From: Somniosus microcephalus
Taxonomy: Eukaryota
Assembly: GCA_052327205.1 (NCBI GenBank)
Contig: CM126205.1
Span: 243,412,001 to 243,476,000 of the forward strand
DNA length: 64,000 nucleotides
Reading direction: 5' to 3'
Shown here one piece after another: positions 1 through 13,409 of the stretch. Position numbers and translations under genes: made by a program. Position 1 is the first letter of the stretch. Every line of letters starts with the position of its first letter. The notes below the pieces were generated by a model. The model did no database searches and was not told where the DNA came from. It worked only from the letters and a program-made list of their open reading frames with translations.

Positions 1-630
1 AGCAAAGGAATCTAGGGGTACACATTCACAAATCATTAAAAGTTGCAATGCAGGTGAATAAGGCCATAAAAAAGCAAAACAAGAGCTTCATTTATAGAGG
101 TACAGAATTGAAAACCAGTGAAGTTATGTTTAACTTGTATCGAACCTAGGTGAGATCACACTTGGAGTGCTGTGCACAGCTCTGGTCTCCACATAATAAA
201 GAGGATATAGAGGCAGTGGAGAAAGTCCAAACAAGATTTACAAGGATGATACCAGAACAGAGGCTATAACCATCAGGAAAGGCGGAGCAGGCTGGGGCTC
301 TTTTTTTCTAGAAAAGAGAAGTCTGAGGGTTGACCTGATAGAGATCTTTTAAGATAAATGAAAGGGTTTGATAGGGTAGACGTAGAGAAGGTATTTCCAC
401 TTGCGGGCGAGTCCAAAGATAGAGGTCATAAATAGAAGACAGTCACTAATAAATCCAATAGGGAATTCAGGAGAAACTTCCTTACCCAAAGAGTGGCAAG
501 AATGTGAACACACTGCCACAAGGAGTAGTTGAGGCAAATAGAATAGATGCATTTAAGGGGAAGCTGTATAAGGACACGAGGAAGGAATAGAAGGATATGC
601 CGATAGGATTAAAATGAGGGTGGGAGGAGG
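1..630 (+). mobile_element. CR1 LINE, decayed 3' fragment (RT C-terminus and 3' UTR)
   Basis: Degenerate CR1 ORF2 end (HLECCAQLWSPH, FSLEKRSLR, RRNFLTQRVA) with frameshifts, ending in a ggcccaatggcctgtttctgtgct tail. Confidence 0.85.
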
Positions 631-1062
631 CTCGTACAGAGCATAGACTAGTTGGGCCCAATGGCCTGTTTCTGTGCTATTCAATGTATTACCAGGTATG
701 TCCTTCAACTTTACATATATTTAATATCCAAAATAACTTGCAAAATAGCCTTCAATAGCATTAGTTTACTTCAATGACTTTATAGCAAGATGAAAAGTCC
801 AACTCCAATGATAAGTCTGTCTGTGCATCCATGACCATCACATTGCTAATGTGTCTGCTTGGAAATAAAGACAAATAAAACAAGTTGGTTACTCCCAAAG
901 AAGAGCGTTGAAGAGTTTTTTTTTTGTTTGTTTTTTAAAAAAAGGGTTTGTTGGGATTAATATAGTGCATTTTTAAATAGAACCAGAAGTGCATGGGTTT
1001 ATAGGCTAAGAGCTGCAAACTAAGTAAATCCTATGGGGCAGTTACTGTTTATTTATGGAATA

Positions 1063-1450
1063 GAGTGCCACCTAGTGGGAACTGGATGGCACAGTCCTTT
1101 TATCTTCAGGACAGAGATTCAAATCCAATCCAAACAGACTTGCTTTCCTCCGATAGTTACACAGGTTCTAATATAAATTGAGTTTCAGACACTCAATCAA
1201 GTTCATCGTGGAAGTGAACCTATAGGACAAAACCGGCCACTGTTCAACACCACCAATCAATCTGATCCAAAAGTCACATGGATGGCTAGTGTGGTAAATT
1301 GACAGGTACAGTTGAGGTTAAGATGAGTATATGGGCCAACACAGAGGAAACTTAATCCTGCCTCACCCAGATTATACTTGGCCTACAAGTGTTTGATCTG
1401 GACATGAGGTGCGTTGCTACTGCAAATCAGAATCCCTCACCTCAAGGTAA
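1063..1450 (+). mobile_element. Possible ancient tRNA-derived SINE
   Basis: B-box-like gattcaaatcc near 1116; its 3' part loosely resembles sequence at 1880-1928 and 2512-2610; highly decayed. Confidence 0.35.
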
Positions 1451-1927
1451 AAAAAAGTCAACACATTTGTTGTCAAGTCTGTTGATTCTCAATAGAAAAG
1501 AGAATCATTGTTTTAAAAATCTATCCTAGGAAGCATGTTTCCTCATAAAGATGAAGTACTGCGTGGAAAGTAAAACTTATAAATTCAGTGGCTAGTTCAT
1601 TCAACAGCACACAACTGGACAGCCCACTGGGTTACAAGCCATACCCACTCTTTTGGGATCTTGATTTGAATACACCTTAAATGACCAGATTCAAATTATC
1701 CTCACCCTGCTGGCTGGTAAAGCCTTGTGCGAGAGGACGCTGTGAGAGAGAAGGGGTTCAGCAATCTCAATCTAGTATCCAATGGAGACAAGTTCACATT
1801 ACATTGATACTAACTCAAAAACAATATGCTGATTCAAGAAACAGAACTTTTTCATATTAGTGCAATAGGCTGCAGTTACACACATGCACTGTTGAAGTAA
1901 AGCAGGGGAAGTTTTATTCTTATATCC

Positions 1928-2511
1928 AAGGCTGCCAACCCTCCAGGATTGTCCAACAGTCTTTAAGAACGATTAATTTCCAGGACACTGGTGTGAGCAA
2001 CCAGAGAGTAAAAGCACAGCAGAATTTTTATGTTTCCCCCCCATTTTCTTTGAACACTTGTTTATTAGTTATACATCCAGGGTGTCGAACACCTTGAGTC
2101 TCTTCGCTGGGAGCAAGCGCAAGCCGCGGAAGGAGCACACGTCAACCCAAGCACCCCACCCACCTGCCCCTTCAACCACCATCTGCCCCACCTGTGACAG
2201 AGACTGCAGGTCCTGCATTGGACTCAGTCACCTGAGAACTCATTTTTAGTGTGGAAGTAAGTCATCCTCGGTTCCCAGGGACTGCCTAAGAATACAAATA
2301 TTGGGAGGAGGAGGAAAAAAGGCCTTTGGCCGACAGTCAAGAATCATCCAATTGGGTAATGAAGAGTCTGTTCACTTTCTGATTAACATGGGAAGGTGGT
2401 GCCCGGCGAGGTTGGAATACCGATGATGGGAGTGTTGGGGCGGGGCCATTGGAGGCAGGCGGTCATGTGATAAAACCTCCAGGAATACATCCAACCAGAG
2501 TTGGCAACTTT
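1928..2511. mobile_element. hAT-like MITE (TIR ~AGGGTTGCCAAC)
   Basis: Left end aggctgccaacc, right end gttggcaactt; contains an RTE 3' fragment. Confidence 0.6.
2077..2293 (+). mobile_element. RTE LINE 3' end fragment
   Basis: Closely matches 42430-42640 (CPTCDRDCRSxIGL..HLRTH zinc finger, gggactgcctaagaa end). Confidence 0.85.
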
Positions 2512-3492
2512 ACTTGTACCTGGGTGTAGACTTGAGGCTAACTGTAGCTACTGAACGTGGAAAAATTTAAATTTCCCAGTACTCTCACCCTTTACTCTGA
2601 TGAGCGCCAAGGGGAAGTGATGCGATATGGTAGTGTTGGGAGGCTGGTCTGGGCCGTGAGAATATTGAGGAGCAAAGGGCTTTGGTCTGGTTCTGGATTT
2701 CCTTAGCTACAGAAGCAGGATGAAAGTACAGGCAGATGAGCCCTTGGGGGTTAGGCAGTCAAAAAAGCAGCAGTAGGTAAAGTATAGAAAGGCCATCATG
2801 ATGCCGAGGGAATTGGAGAGGCCAGAGTTTTACAGACTTCAAGGTGAATTGCACTGCATTAGGGAAGAAAGTGCCACCTGCCTTAGACACTGAACTAGGA
2901 AAGGAATAAGACACAAATATAATAAATGAAGCAAGTTTAAGTACGAGAGGCAAGAGCAACAAAAATAGCAGAGACATTAACTGTTACAATTACAGGAAAT
3001 ACACTGTTGCAAGTAGGAGGGAGACTGATTATATTGCTGATATATCTCCTGTTAGCAATGCTCGAGTCAGGATACTTTGTTTTATGCTGCATAATATAAA
3101 TCAGGACCACTGATCCATGGTAATTGAATAAGTCAAATAACCTATTTATTATTGTAAGAATGCTGATATTTTCATCATCAAATTCTATTCCGATGTGCAT
3201 ATTTGTGCAGAAACTGCAAATCAGTAGCCTTGATTACTATTCAAAGTTTAACTATGTAGTTACTTTAATCTTTTAAGCCCAGAAGCAAATAGGATCTTGG
3301 CTAAATTAACTGCATTCAGTGGAGGGCTGGGTGATATGGATTGCTGGTGTTAGGAAGATGGTCCTGGGTTTGAGAGTTGGTGTCAGTGGGTGTAGAAACA
3401 ATGGACGAGGATGCAAAAGTCTGAGAATTTGGAGGCAAGAATAACAGGGGGTCGGTGACACACCTAGAGTAGAACGCCGGCCTGCGAAACAG

Positions 3493-4987
3493 AGGATAGG
3501 AGTAGGCCATTCGGCCCCTCGAGCCTGCTCCGCCATTCAATGAGATCATGGCTGATCATCCAAATTCAGTACCCTGTCCCTGCCTTCTCCCCATATCCCT
3601 TGATCCCTTTAGCAATATATCTAACTCCTTCTTGAATATATTTAATGAATTGGCCTCTACTGCCTTCTTTGGCAGAGAATTCCACAGGTTCACCACTCTC
3701 TGGGTGAAGAAATTCCTCCTCATCTCTGTCCTAAATGGCTTACCCCTTATCCTTAGACTGTGAACCCTGGTTCTGGACTCCCTGACCATCAGGAGCATCC
3801 TTCCAGCATCTAGTCTGTCTAGTCCTGTTAGTATTTCATAAGTTTCAATGAGATCCCCTCTCATTCTTCTAAACTCCAGCGAGTATAAGCCCAATCGACC
3901 CAATCTCTCCTCATACATCATTCCTGCCATCACAGGTATCAGCCTGGTGAATCTTCGCTACACTCCCTCCATGGCAAGTACATCCTTCCTCAGATAAAGG
4001 CGACCAAAACTGCACACAATACTCAAGGTGTGGTCTCACCAAGGCCCTGTACAACTGCAGCAAGACATCCTTGTTCCTGTACTCGAACCCTCTTGCTACG
4101 AAGGCCAACATACCATTTGCCTTCTTAACCGCCTGCTGCACCTGCATGCTTACTTTCAGCAACTGGTGCACAAGGGCACCCAGGTCTCGTTGCACTCCCC
4201 CCCCCCCCCCCCCCCCTTCTCCCATTCTATTGCCATTCAGATAATCATCTGCCTTCCTGTTTTTGACACCAAAGTGGATAACCTCACATTTATTCACATT
4301 ATATTGCATCTGCCATGCTTCTGCCCAATCACCCAACCTGTCCAAATCATACTGGAGTTTCTCAGCATCCTCCTCACAGCACACACGCCCACCCAGCTTT
4401 GTGTCGTCTGCAAACTTGAAGATATTACATCTAGTTCCCTCATCCAGATCATAATATATATTGTGAATAGCTGGAGTCCAAGGACCGTTCCCTGCGGTAC
4501 CCCACTAGTCACTGCCTGCCACTCGGAAAAAGAACCGTTTATTCCAACTCTTTGCTTTCTGTCTGCCAACCAGTTTTCTATCCTTGCCCCCAATCCCACG
4601 TGCCTTAATTTTACACGCTAATCTCTTATGCGGGACCTTATCGAAAGCCTTTTGAAAATCCAAATACACCACATCCACTGGTTCTCCCTTATTTATTTTA
4701 CCAGTTACATCCTCAAACAATTCCAGTAGATTAGTCAAGCACGATTTACCTTTTGTAAATCCATGTTGACTTTGTCCGATCCGGTCACTTTTTTCCCCCC
4801 AAGTGCTCTGCTATTACATCCTTTATAATGGACTCTAGCATTTTCCCCACTACCGATGTCAGGCTTACCGGTCTATAATTCCCCGTTTTCAATCTACTAC
4901 CTATTTTGAACAGTGGGGTAACATTAGCTACCCTCCAATCCATGGGTACTGTTCCAGAGTCTATCAAATTTTGGAAGATGACCAGCA
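3493..4987 (-). mobile_element. CR1 LINE, 5'-truncated ORF2 (RT) with frameshifts
   Basis: ORFs 4785-5033, 4505-4738, 4294-4599, 3911-4384 and 3556-3933 give [26 protein letters not shown] and RPHLEYCVQFWSP; CR1 3' UTR present. Confidence 0.95.
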
Positions 4988-4989
4988 AG

Positions 4990-5642
4990 AATACGCACCT
5001 ACCCGATGGTAGCCCTCCTTTGTAAACTTGCACTCTGATGCTGCGAGGAGGAGGGTAGCGTAATGGCCCACGGATCCCAGGGACACAGCCTGCGCGGAAG
5101 TGTCTCTGGGATCATGTGGGCCTGATCCTCTAATCAGAAAACAGATTGCCTTTCATTCATTTAAATTACTAGTCTTTAAAAATACATACAGATTTAGCTT
5201 TTATGGTGGGAATCCAATTAATTACTCATTTCCCACTTCTAAACAAATATTGTGCACTGTGCAGAAAGTTAGCAAATGCAAAGTTTTTTTTTTTTTAAAC
5301 CTGCAGCTAACAAACACTAGGGTTGCTTCTCAAAGTTTTTAATGTTCCTGGATGTCATTTAATTTTTAAAAAGCATTTTTTTCCATTTAGAGTATCCCCT
5401 TACGCTGTGGAAACAAGCCCTGCGCAGGTTTCCACCAGCGGTCAAATTGCCGTATCTAATTGTTGGACAAAGAGCCCAACTCTGCACCAGCAATTAGCTT
5501 TTCAGTGGCAGATCTGATGGCCTGTCAACATGTACGTTGACAGACCACAGTTCGGGATTTAGCGCATACGCTTGGCGGATTTCAAAGGCTGTATGATGCC
5601 ATACTCGGAGTACACCATCATATCCACCGCAAAATCCGGGCC
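4990..5642. mobile_element. Probable Harbinger-type non-autonomous element remnant
   Basis: Ends in gcaaaatccgggcc, like other Harbinger-type ends here; internal hairpins; other end not identified. Confidence 0.4.
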
Positions 5643-7404
5643 ATGATGTCGGAGTGTACTGGGAAAGGGTATCCGGGTTTAGCAGGAGTGGGGGGTGGGG
5701 GGGGGGGGGGGGGGGGTGAAACGTGGTGGATGGAGAAGCATTGGGAGTGGGTTTTTGAAGTGCCAATAACAAAACCACACTATTGGGGGTTGGGGGGGCA
5801 TCTAGGCCAAATACAAGAGTAAAACTTCCCCTCACTCGACTTCAACAGTGCATGTGTTTTTTTTCTAAATTATGCTATCTATTTATTTGTAGGTACCCTA
5901 TCTGCTCAGTTGGTTTTTGTTGTTTTATGTATGATATTTGAGCAATCAGCTGCATGTGTGACACTTTACATATGCGACACTTTCAAGTATGATGGACGAG
6001 CTAGATATAGATATATTTGTGACATAAGGGTTACGTTAACGTCTTAATTTATGACAGCCAGATTCTTGTGAAATCATTTACCCAATTGTTCTCAGGATTA
6101 CATACTCACAGCCATTAGATTTCATGGCAAAGACAAACCAGATTAAATACAGCTCCACTTTAGCAAGAATAATGCATTGTGCAGTACAGCGTAAAACACT
6201 CCTTTCCTATCGTCCCACTTCCCATAAGCAATACTATAGAAGATCACAACAGTGCTAGCAACAATTTTATTTTATTTAATTTAAAAACTTAGTGAACTAT
6301 ATAAATCAAACTCTCAATTCTCTAAATATAAAATCAGACTCAACTTTCTTTTACAGCCAGAGTTGAAAAATTGTTTTTCTTCACTTTGCAGATGTTATTT
6401 TCCCTCAACTGTCAAGCAAGCAGTGACCTTAAGCCTCTGGGATCAGTGTGTAGTTCAGTGCACTGCAACTACACAGCAGTATCAAACTATAGCAAGGTTA
6501 TATATTTACAGTTATAATATGTCATTTAAATACCGTTATATAAATATCTATATCTAGCACTTTAAACAATATCCCTTTCTTTATCCAGATGGGGGCAGTG
6601 TTGCACTGTTAGTAATTTTAATGAGTCAGATCTAAGTATTTTGATAGCTCCCTGAGGATCAGTGTGAAAAATTTATTTCACCAAATTAACTTTTTCATAC
6701 AAATCAGATTAAAAATCAGTTACCCAAATCCCAGTTTAAAAGAATATAATTTGAAATCCTTGGATATAAAGATGTTAAAATTTAAAATAAAAACGCATAC
6801 AATACAGACCAAAAATTTTACAAAGTATTTCCAATGCAAAATTTTACTAATTTATAATTTTACTAGTCTATTAAAATAGATTACCTGATACTTTAGTAAG
6901 TGTGGTTGAGAATTTCTAAAATGTAGCAGTGTAATTAAGAGCTTACAAATACAGGAAATGATTTTTAACTAAGTTACTACAAATAAATATAAAACATAAT
7001 ATTAAGAATCAATTTATCATTTGAAGGACACTCCATATTAATACATTTCACTCTGACAACTCAAGACTAAAGACTGGAGAAAAACAGTTGGTTAGGATGC
7101 TACTTTTACTACCAAACATACATTTAATTTCATCAGTTTGGGCTGGATTTAAAGTTTCTTCCCTCTGTGCTGGTCAAAAAAGTAATAGGTGAAATTAACT
7201 TAGATATATACCTTGAAGGCATCCATTGCAAAAAAACTGATAATTTCATACAAATTAAGGGAAATCTCTCGGCGGGCACAAGGATAGCTGCTTTGGAACT
7301 TTACACCGTCAAACAGGGAAGTACCCCAAAATTAGAGCAAAGGTATATTGTTAGGATGGAATAATGGGAGCTCTATCTGGCCCATAATGTCACAGCATTT
7401 TTTT

Positions 7405-8879
7405 TAAATTCATTCATTGGATGTGGGTGTCACTGGCAAGGCCAGCATTTATTGCCCATCCCTAATTGCCCTTAAGGTGGTGGTGAGCCACCTTCTTGAA
7501 CTGCTACAGTCCGTGTGGTGAAAGTACTCCCAGTGCTGTTAGGGAGGGAGTTCCAGGATTTTGACCCAGCGACAATAAAGGAACGGCAATATATTTCCAA
7601 GACAGGATGGTGTGTGACTTGGAGGGGAGCTTGGAGGTGGTGGTGTTCCCATGCAGCTGCTGCCCTTGTCCTTCTAGGTGGAAGAGGTCGCGGGTTTGGG
7701 AGATGCTGCCGAAGAAGCCTTGGCGAGTTGCTGCAGTGCATCTTGTAGATGGTACACACTGCAGCCACGGTACACCGGTGGTGGAGTGAGTGAATGTTTA
7801 AGTTGGTGGATAGGGTGCCAATCAAGCGGGCTGCTTTGTCCTGGATGGTGTCGAGCTTCTTGAGTGTTGTTGAGTTGCACTCATCCAGGCAAGTGGAGAG
7901 TATTCCATCACACTCCTGACTTGCGCCTTGTAGATGGTAGAAAGGCTTTGGGGAATCAGGAGGTGAGACACTCGCCGCAGAATACCCAGCCTCTGATCTG
8001 CTCGTTGCCACAGTATGTGTGTGGCTGGTCCAGTTAAGTTTCTGGTCAATGATGACCCTCAGGATATTGATGGTGGGGGATTCATAGAAATAGAAGATAG
8101 GAGCAGGAGTAGGCCATTCGGCCCCTCGAGCCTGCTCCGCCATTTAATGAGATCATGGCTGATCATCCAAATTCAGTACCCTGTCTCTGCTTTCTCCCCA
8201 TATCCCTTTAGCCTTAATATATCTAACTCCTCCTTGAATATATTTAATGAATTGGCCTCAACGGCCTTCTGTGGTAGAGAATTCCACAGGTTCACCACTC
8301 TCTGGGTGAAGAAATTCCTCATCTCAGTCCTAAATGGCTTACCCCTTATCCTTAGACGGCGATGGTAATGCCGCTAAATGTCATGGGGCAGTGGTTAGAC
8401 ACTCGTTTGTTGGCGATAGTCATTGCCTGGCACTTAAGTGGCAGATAACATTTGCGCCACACATCAGCCCAAGCCTGAATGTTGTCCAGGTCTTGCTGCA
8501 TGCGGGCATGGACTGCTTCATTATCTGAGGAGTTGCGAATGGCACTGAACAGTCATCAGCGAACATCCCCACTTCTGACCTTATGATGGAGGGAAGGTCA
8601 TTGATGAAGCAGCTAAAGATGGTTGGGCCTAGGACCTCCTGCAGCGATGTCCTGGGGCTGTGATAATTGACCTCCAACCACCACAACCATCTTCCTTTGT
8701 GATAGGTATGACTCCAGCCAGTGGAGTTTCTCCCCCCCCCCACCAATTCCCATTGACTTCAATTTTACTAGGGTTCCTTGATGCCTCACTTGGTCAAATG
8801 CTGCCTTGATGTCAAGGGAAGTCACTCTCACCTCACCTCTGGAATTCAGCTCTTTTGTCCATGTTTGGACCAAGGCTGT
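7405..8879 (-). mobile_element. CR1/L2-group LINE (second family), 5'-truncated
   Basis: LDIKAAFDQV, LGPTIFSCFINDL, MFADDC, YKAQVRSVMEYSPLAW; same family as 30185-31520. Confidence 0.9.
8083..8357 (-). mobile_element. CR1 3' end fragment nested in a LINE
   Basis: Near-identical to 3497-3758 and to the reverse complement of 60055-60340. Confidence 0.9.
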
Positions 8880-10379
8880 TGACATTAACTTTTCAAAGAA
8901 AATCAAAACAACTCATTTTAAAAGGTCATGTTCAGGTAGTGCACAGTGGAGCAACAAAATGCAGGGCTGTAGAGTGGAAGGACACTCCTTTTCCACTGTG
9001 AAAATTGGATTGGTATAGGGATAAAGATATGCCCATGTCTCTGCCAGGTCACGAGTAGAGGTCTAGAAATAGGCAGCATACCTATGGGCTTAGAAATAAT
9101 ATGAACATTATACTGCATGCTGGACAAGCTTTTTTTTTTTTTTTTTGCAATGCTTTTATGAAGAGTACAGCATACTTAGACATTGATTTATAGGCTCCAG
9201 CCAAGGTAATCTCATTTATACCAACAACTCCCAGAAAGCGATCAACGCAGCATGCTTAAAATGCAGACCATTAAACTTTAAATGTTTTGAGAAAACAGTT
9301 GGAAGCATCCATACTTTTGGCAATGTCGTCACCAGATCACTTTAGCGTACCATATATACTCAGATAAGGCAACTCATGTACAAGACAACTCTTCTAAAAA
9401 ATAAAAAATAAAATTTTTTTCATTACCCATGTATAAATCTGTTTATATCGCTCTTTGGCCACAGACTCTTATAGCACAGGTCTCCCACAGCTCAATATGA
9501 CACACACACACACACACACGCCGAGAGACACAAACACAGCGCCAGAGCCAGAGAGACACAGCGAGCACAAAAGTGACAGAGCACCAGACAGATTTTTTTT
9601 TATTTATTAAAAAAACCATGAGGACAACCAGTTTTTACTGGATCTTCAGTCTTTTTGGAGCTAGTAAATGAGCTGCTGTTATAGCGCTCCGTTTCCTGTT
9701 TCAGATGTTACATCATGACATAACCATGCAGAAATGTTTCCATCTTGGTAGCCATGACATCACTACTCCATGTAAGCTAGCTGGCCAAAATGTCAGTCAG
9801 CACCCATGTATTTTAAATGTCGCATAATGCCGCAGACTGATGCAATGACCCAGCCTACAATGTAAAAGCAGCCAGATATGAGAATCAACAGTACCATAGG
9901 CCCTACCTCTTTAGCTCCTAATCCGTTTTTCCCTCCTTCAGGTTCCCAGTCTATTGCTGCCCTCTCAAAAATGTTTAAAATGCTAAAACAATTACATTCC
10001 CAATCTCAAACTTCCCAACTATGTCAGTGTGTAGTGGTGGGTGTTGTAGAATAATTAACATACTTTAATTTTCAATCTCTAGAGAGGCACAGTGACTTAT
10101 GAGGTAAATTTCCAGAAAGCAGGAAATTTGATTTAATGCATGCATTCGAAGATTGCTAGGCAAGAGACCAGGACTATTTTAATTAATCTTCAGACTAGAA
10201 ATCAGAATCTTTCATTTTGGCAAAGCTAGGATAAGCAAATAAGGATAGTGATAAAAAGTTAGATAGCATTTTAAACATACTTGTGATGATGTGGGTCTCG
10301 CATGGTGTGTAGTACTATACTTGCTGGCTAACTTGCAATGTTGTATTCAGCTACATTATTGCAAGTACAATAATGGAAA

Positions 10380-10670
10380 CAGGAAAAGAAATTGAAAGTG
10401 CTGGAAACACTCAGCAGGACAAGCAGCATCTGTGGAGGGAGGAAGGAAGATAGATAGGGTTAACGTTTCACGTCTATGACCCTTCATCAGAACCGGAAGA
10501 TGTTACAGGTGAACATAAGGAACAGAGCCAGCAAAAAGGGTGCTGGGAGAAAAAAAAGTGTGTTTCCAGCAGAAACGTTAACCCAACCTTTATTTCTCCA
10601 CAGATGCTGCCTGATTTGCTGAGTGTTTCCAGCATTTTCTATTTTTATTTCAGATTTCCAGTATCTGCAT
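10380..10670. mobile_element. Penelope-derived terminal repeat pair in inverted orientation
   Basis: gctggaaacactcagcagg..gcagcatctgtggag (10398-10437) is inverted at 10596-10634; homologous to 13415-13540. Confidence 0.8.
10458..10494 (-). ncRNA. Minimal type I hammerhead ribozyme motif (Penelope-type)
   Basis: Minus strand reads GGUU CUGAUGA AGGGUC AUA GACGU GAAAC GUU AACC: core intact, palindromic loopless stem III, imperfect stem II. Confidence 0.6.
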
Positions 10671-13409
10671 TTTTTTTTTTTTTTTTTTTAAAAACATTTG
10701 TTCACAAGTACAGAACTGCACCTGGAGCCAATTTTATCCAGTCATAGTTACTCAATATATAAAGTGACCTCGTCTTACCAGAATGTTCCTCAGTCCCACC
10801 CATCAAAAGATTGGAGAAGCACACAGGCAGGCACCTGCAAGTTCCCAAAATCCAGTTTGTATGTCAAAGGGAATGTATTGTTACATCCCAGGTGTTATGC
10901 TATCATAAGTAGACACTGGGCAGTGTGAATCAACTCCAAAAAGTGTACAAGAGGTGGTATCTGCTCACAGGAGTGACTAACGTCACTGAACCCAAGAAGA
11001 AATCTACAGCAGACCATGAATTATCAATTCTCTTGCTATTTTTTTTTTTTAAATAAAGAAAAAAATTCTCCGTTCTTCACACTGAAAATCAGATCGTGAT
11101 GCACATGCATTGCATTTGTTACGTCATTAGCATAATGCATACTATGTGTGTAGTGCACTCACATTCCATCACATGACATCCAAACATGCACACACACCTT
11201 GGGACCCAAATTAAAGCACCAAAATCGAATGGAGAATTGTCTTGGTGAGTTCAGAGATTAAGCAGTGACTATTCTCTTTTGTAGCTCAAACATATTTTAC
11301 CTGCTCTGCTGCTGCCCTCAGACTCATGATTTTGGCCAGCCGAGGACAGTTATGTACATGGGTAGACATGGTGCTTAGCAGCTAATATAGAATAAGTTAC
11401 TCACTGGGGTTTGAGCTCATCACCGATCCTTCAAATTCTAGTATATTAGGGTAACTTTCAACAAGATTGCCAAAAGAACTTGATTTACTGAACATGAAAA
11501 TAATTTAGGAATTATACAAAGGGGAAGACTGTGTAACTAAATATGGGTTGGAATTTAGCTTAACTGTGCCTTTTTTTCAGTCCTTTACTCATTTCCAGTT
11601 TCAATGTTCCAAATAAAAATTGATTTTTGCTGAATTTTTTGGCTCCTACTGCCTGCCTCTTCCCCACCCCCAGCTTTTCTCCCGTTTGACATTAAAAGCA
11701 GAAAACATAGAAAAACTGTTGTTTTTTTTGAATCAACAATAAAGAACTGACTTCAGTGCTCCTGTACACCATGCAAACCAATTCACAAAATCTTCCCCTT
11801 CTAAATCCTTGCTGACTGCTTTTACTAGATTGTTATTGTAGATGGTTATAAAATTTACCCCAGTCAATTCCATTATTTTACAATTGACTGAAAACAAGAC
11901 TAATGGGTCGATAGTTTGTGGTGTCGGTTTCCTCATCATTTTTTAATATGGACCTATTAGCCGGTTTCTAATTGTAAATTACCTGCAAGATACAGCTCTG
12001 TATTAGTCTTTATATACATTGTATAATGTACAGTACACAGCAAGTAAATAAGTTACAAGTGTCTCGATCTAAAATCATCTTGAAAATGCACTCAGCACAA
12101 ACTCTACATACTCGTTAACATGTTGTCTCGATCTTCAGAATAGCCGAGGTACATCACCTCCATCCAATCAAGGGCTTCCATTTTATGGCCCAAATATGAA
12201 AGCTTTGCTATCCAGCAAAATAGCTTGTCCCATCAGCTGCAATGGCATACATAGCAACAAGGAATATTTGCTGCAGGCAACAATCCAGCCCTTTCAGGAT
12301 TTCCTTCAAATATTTTGCATAACAGATTTACTTACAGCAATTGGCTTAAAATGCTTTTCAATAAAATGTTTGCAAGTACTTCTAAGGGGCTTATTTTTGT
12401 AGTGTTATTTAGGGCAAACCTTGAGAATGGATAAGAAACTGGCTGAAATCTAGGTAACTGGTACTCATTGGAAGAGTTATGTCAGAGGGGGGGGGGGGGG
12501 GGGAAGAATACTGACTGGAGCCTTTCAGTGCTGGAACCACTTGGTCCTGCTGCAAGAGATGTCTATAATATACTCCAAGAGTTTTAGACAATCAGAAGTC
12601 CAATCACAGGACCAACGCTGGAGACAATTCCCAGAATGCAGTCAAGTAATATTACAAATTAGCAACTTAAAATAGATACAAAGGTTGACGTGGCTGCAGA
12701 TATATTGAATTGGTTCAGTCACTTCCCCCACCCATCCAATTTGCAGGCTGCTGCTAGCAAGCATTTGCCGGCAGAACAGTCTGGGCATGGACCACTGCTA
12801 CATTAGCTATCAATCTTCACCAAGTGGCAGAGAATTTAGACAGAGTGAAGAGGTCAACAGGAAAGTGCAAAAACACAACGCTTCCATTTCATAAACCCAA
12901 GAAGAAAAGTTTTCCTTTTAAAATAAAATTACAATGACTTGCTTTCAACAAATAAACAGCATGTATGGAGTATTGCACATTTAAAGTGTTGACTGAAAGG
13001 GAAGAATAAAAAGAACCAATGAGCTGTAAATTGCAACACCGACAAATGGCAGTGTGCCAAAGTGTACAAGGCTGGGTTCTCGGATAATAAACTTGCTCTT
13101 AAATTATCAAAGTTGAACACACCATCCTCACCCTGAATTAGAGCACCTGCAAAACAGAGATAAAAGCAGAGGTGATAACCCAGTATTGTACAAGCAACTC
13201 AACAAGGCGTTATCAAGCCAATAAAGTATTAGAAAATGGAGTAACATTCTCAATAATGCCCTATTTCACAATGCATTTAGATAAAAAAGTTATTTCATTT
13301 AGCATTTTCCCAGAACATTCACAGAGAAAGGTAACTAAAAAGCAAGTTACTGCAGTTTACTTTGGGATTTAAAGACAGTAAACAGAATGAGAATGAATCT
13401 GCAAAAGCA

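Noticed and set aside
2596-2620. CTGATGAG as a hammerhead core
   Set aside because: No GAAA motif or proper stems follow; lies in an old SINE-like tail
6100-6150. Candidate AGPS exon (CLCHEI resembling HCLHEIF)
   Set aside because: In-frame stop follows immediately and the preceding exons are missing
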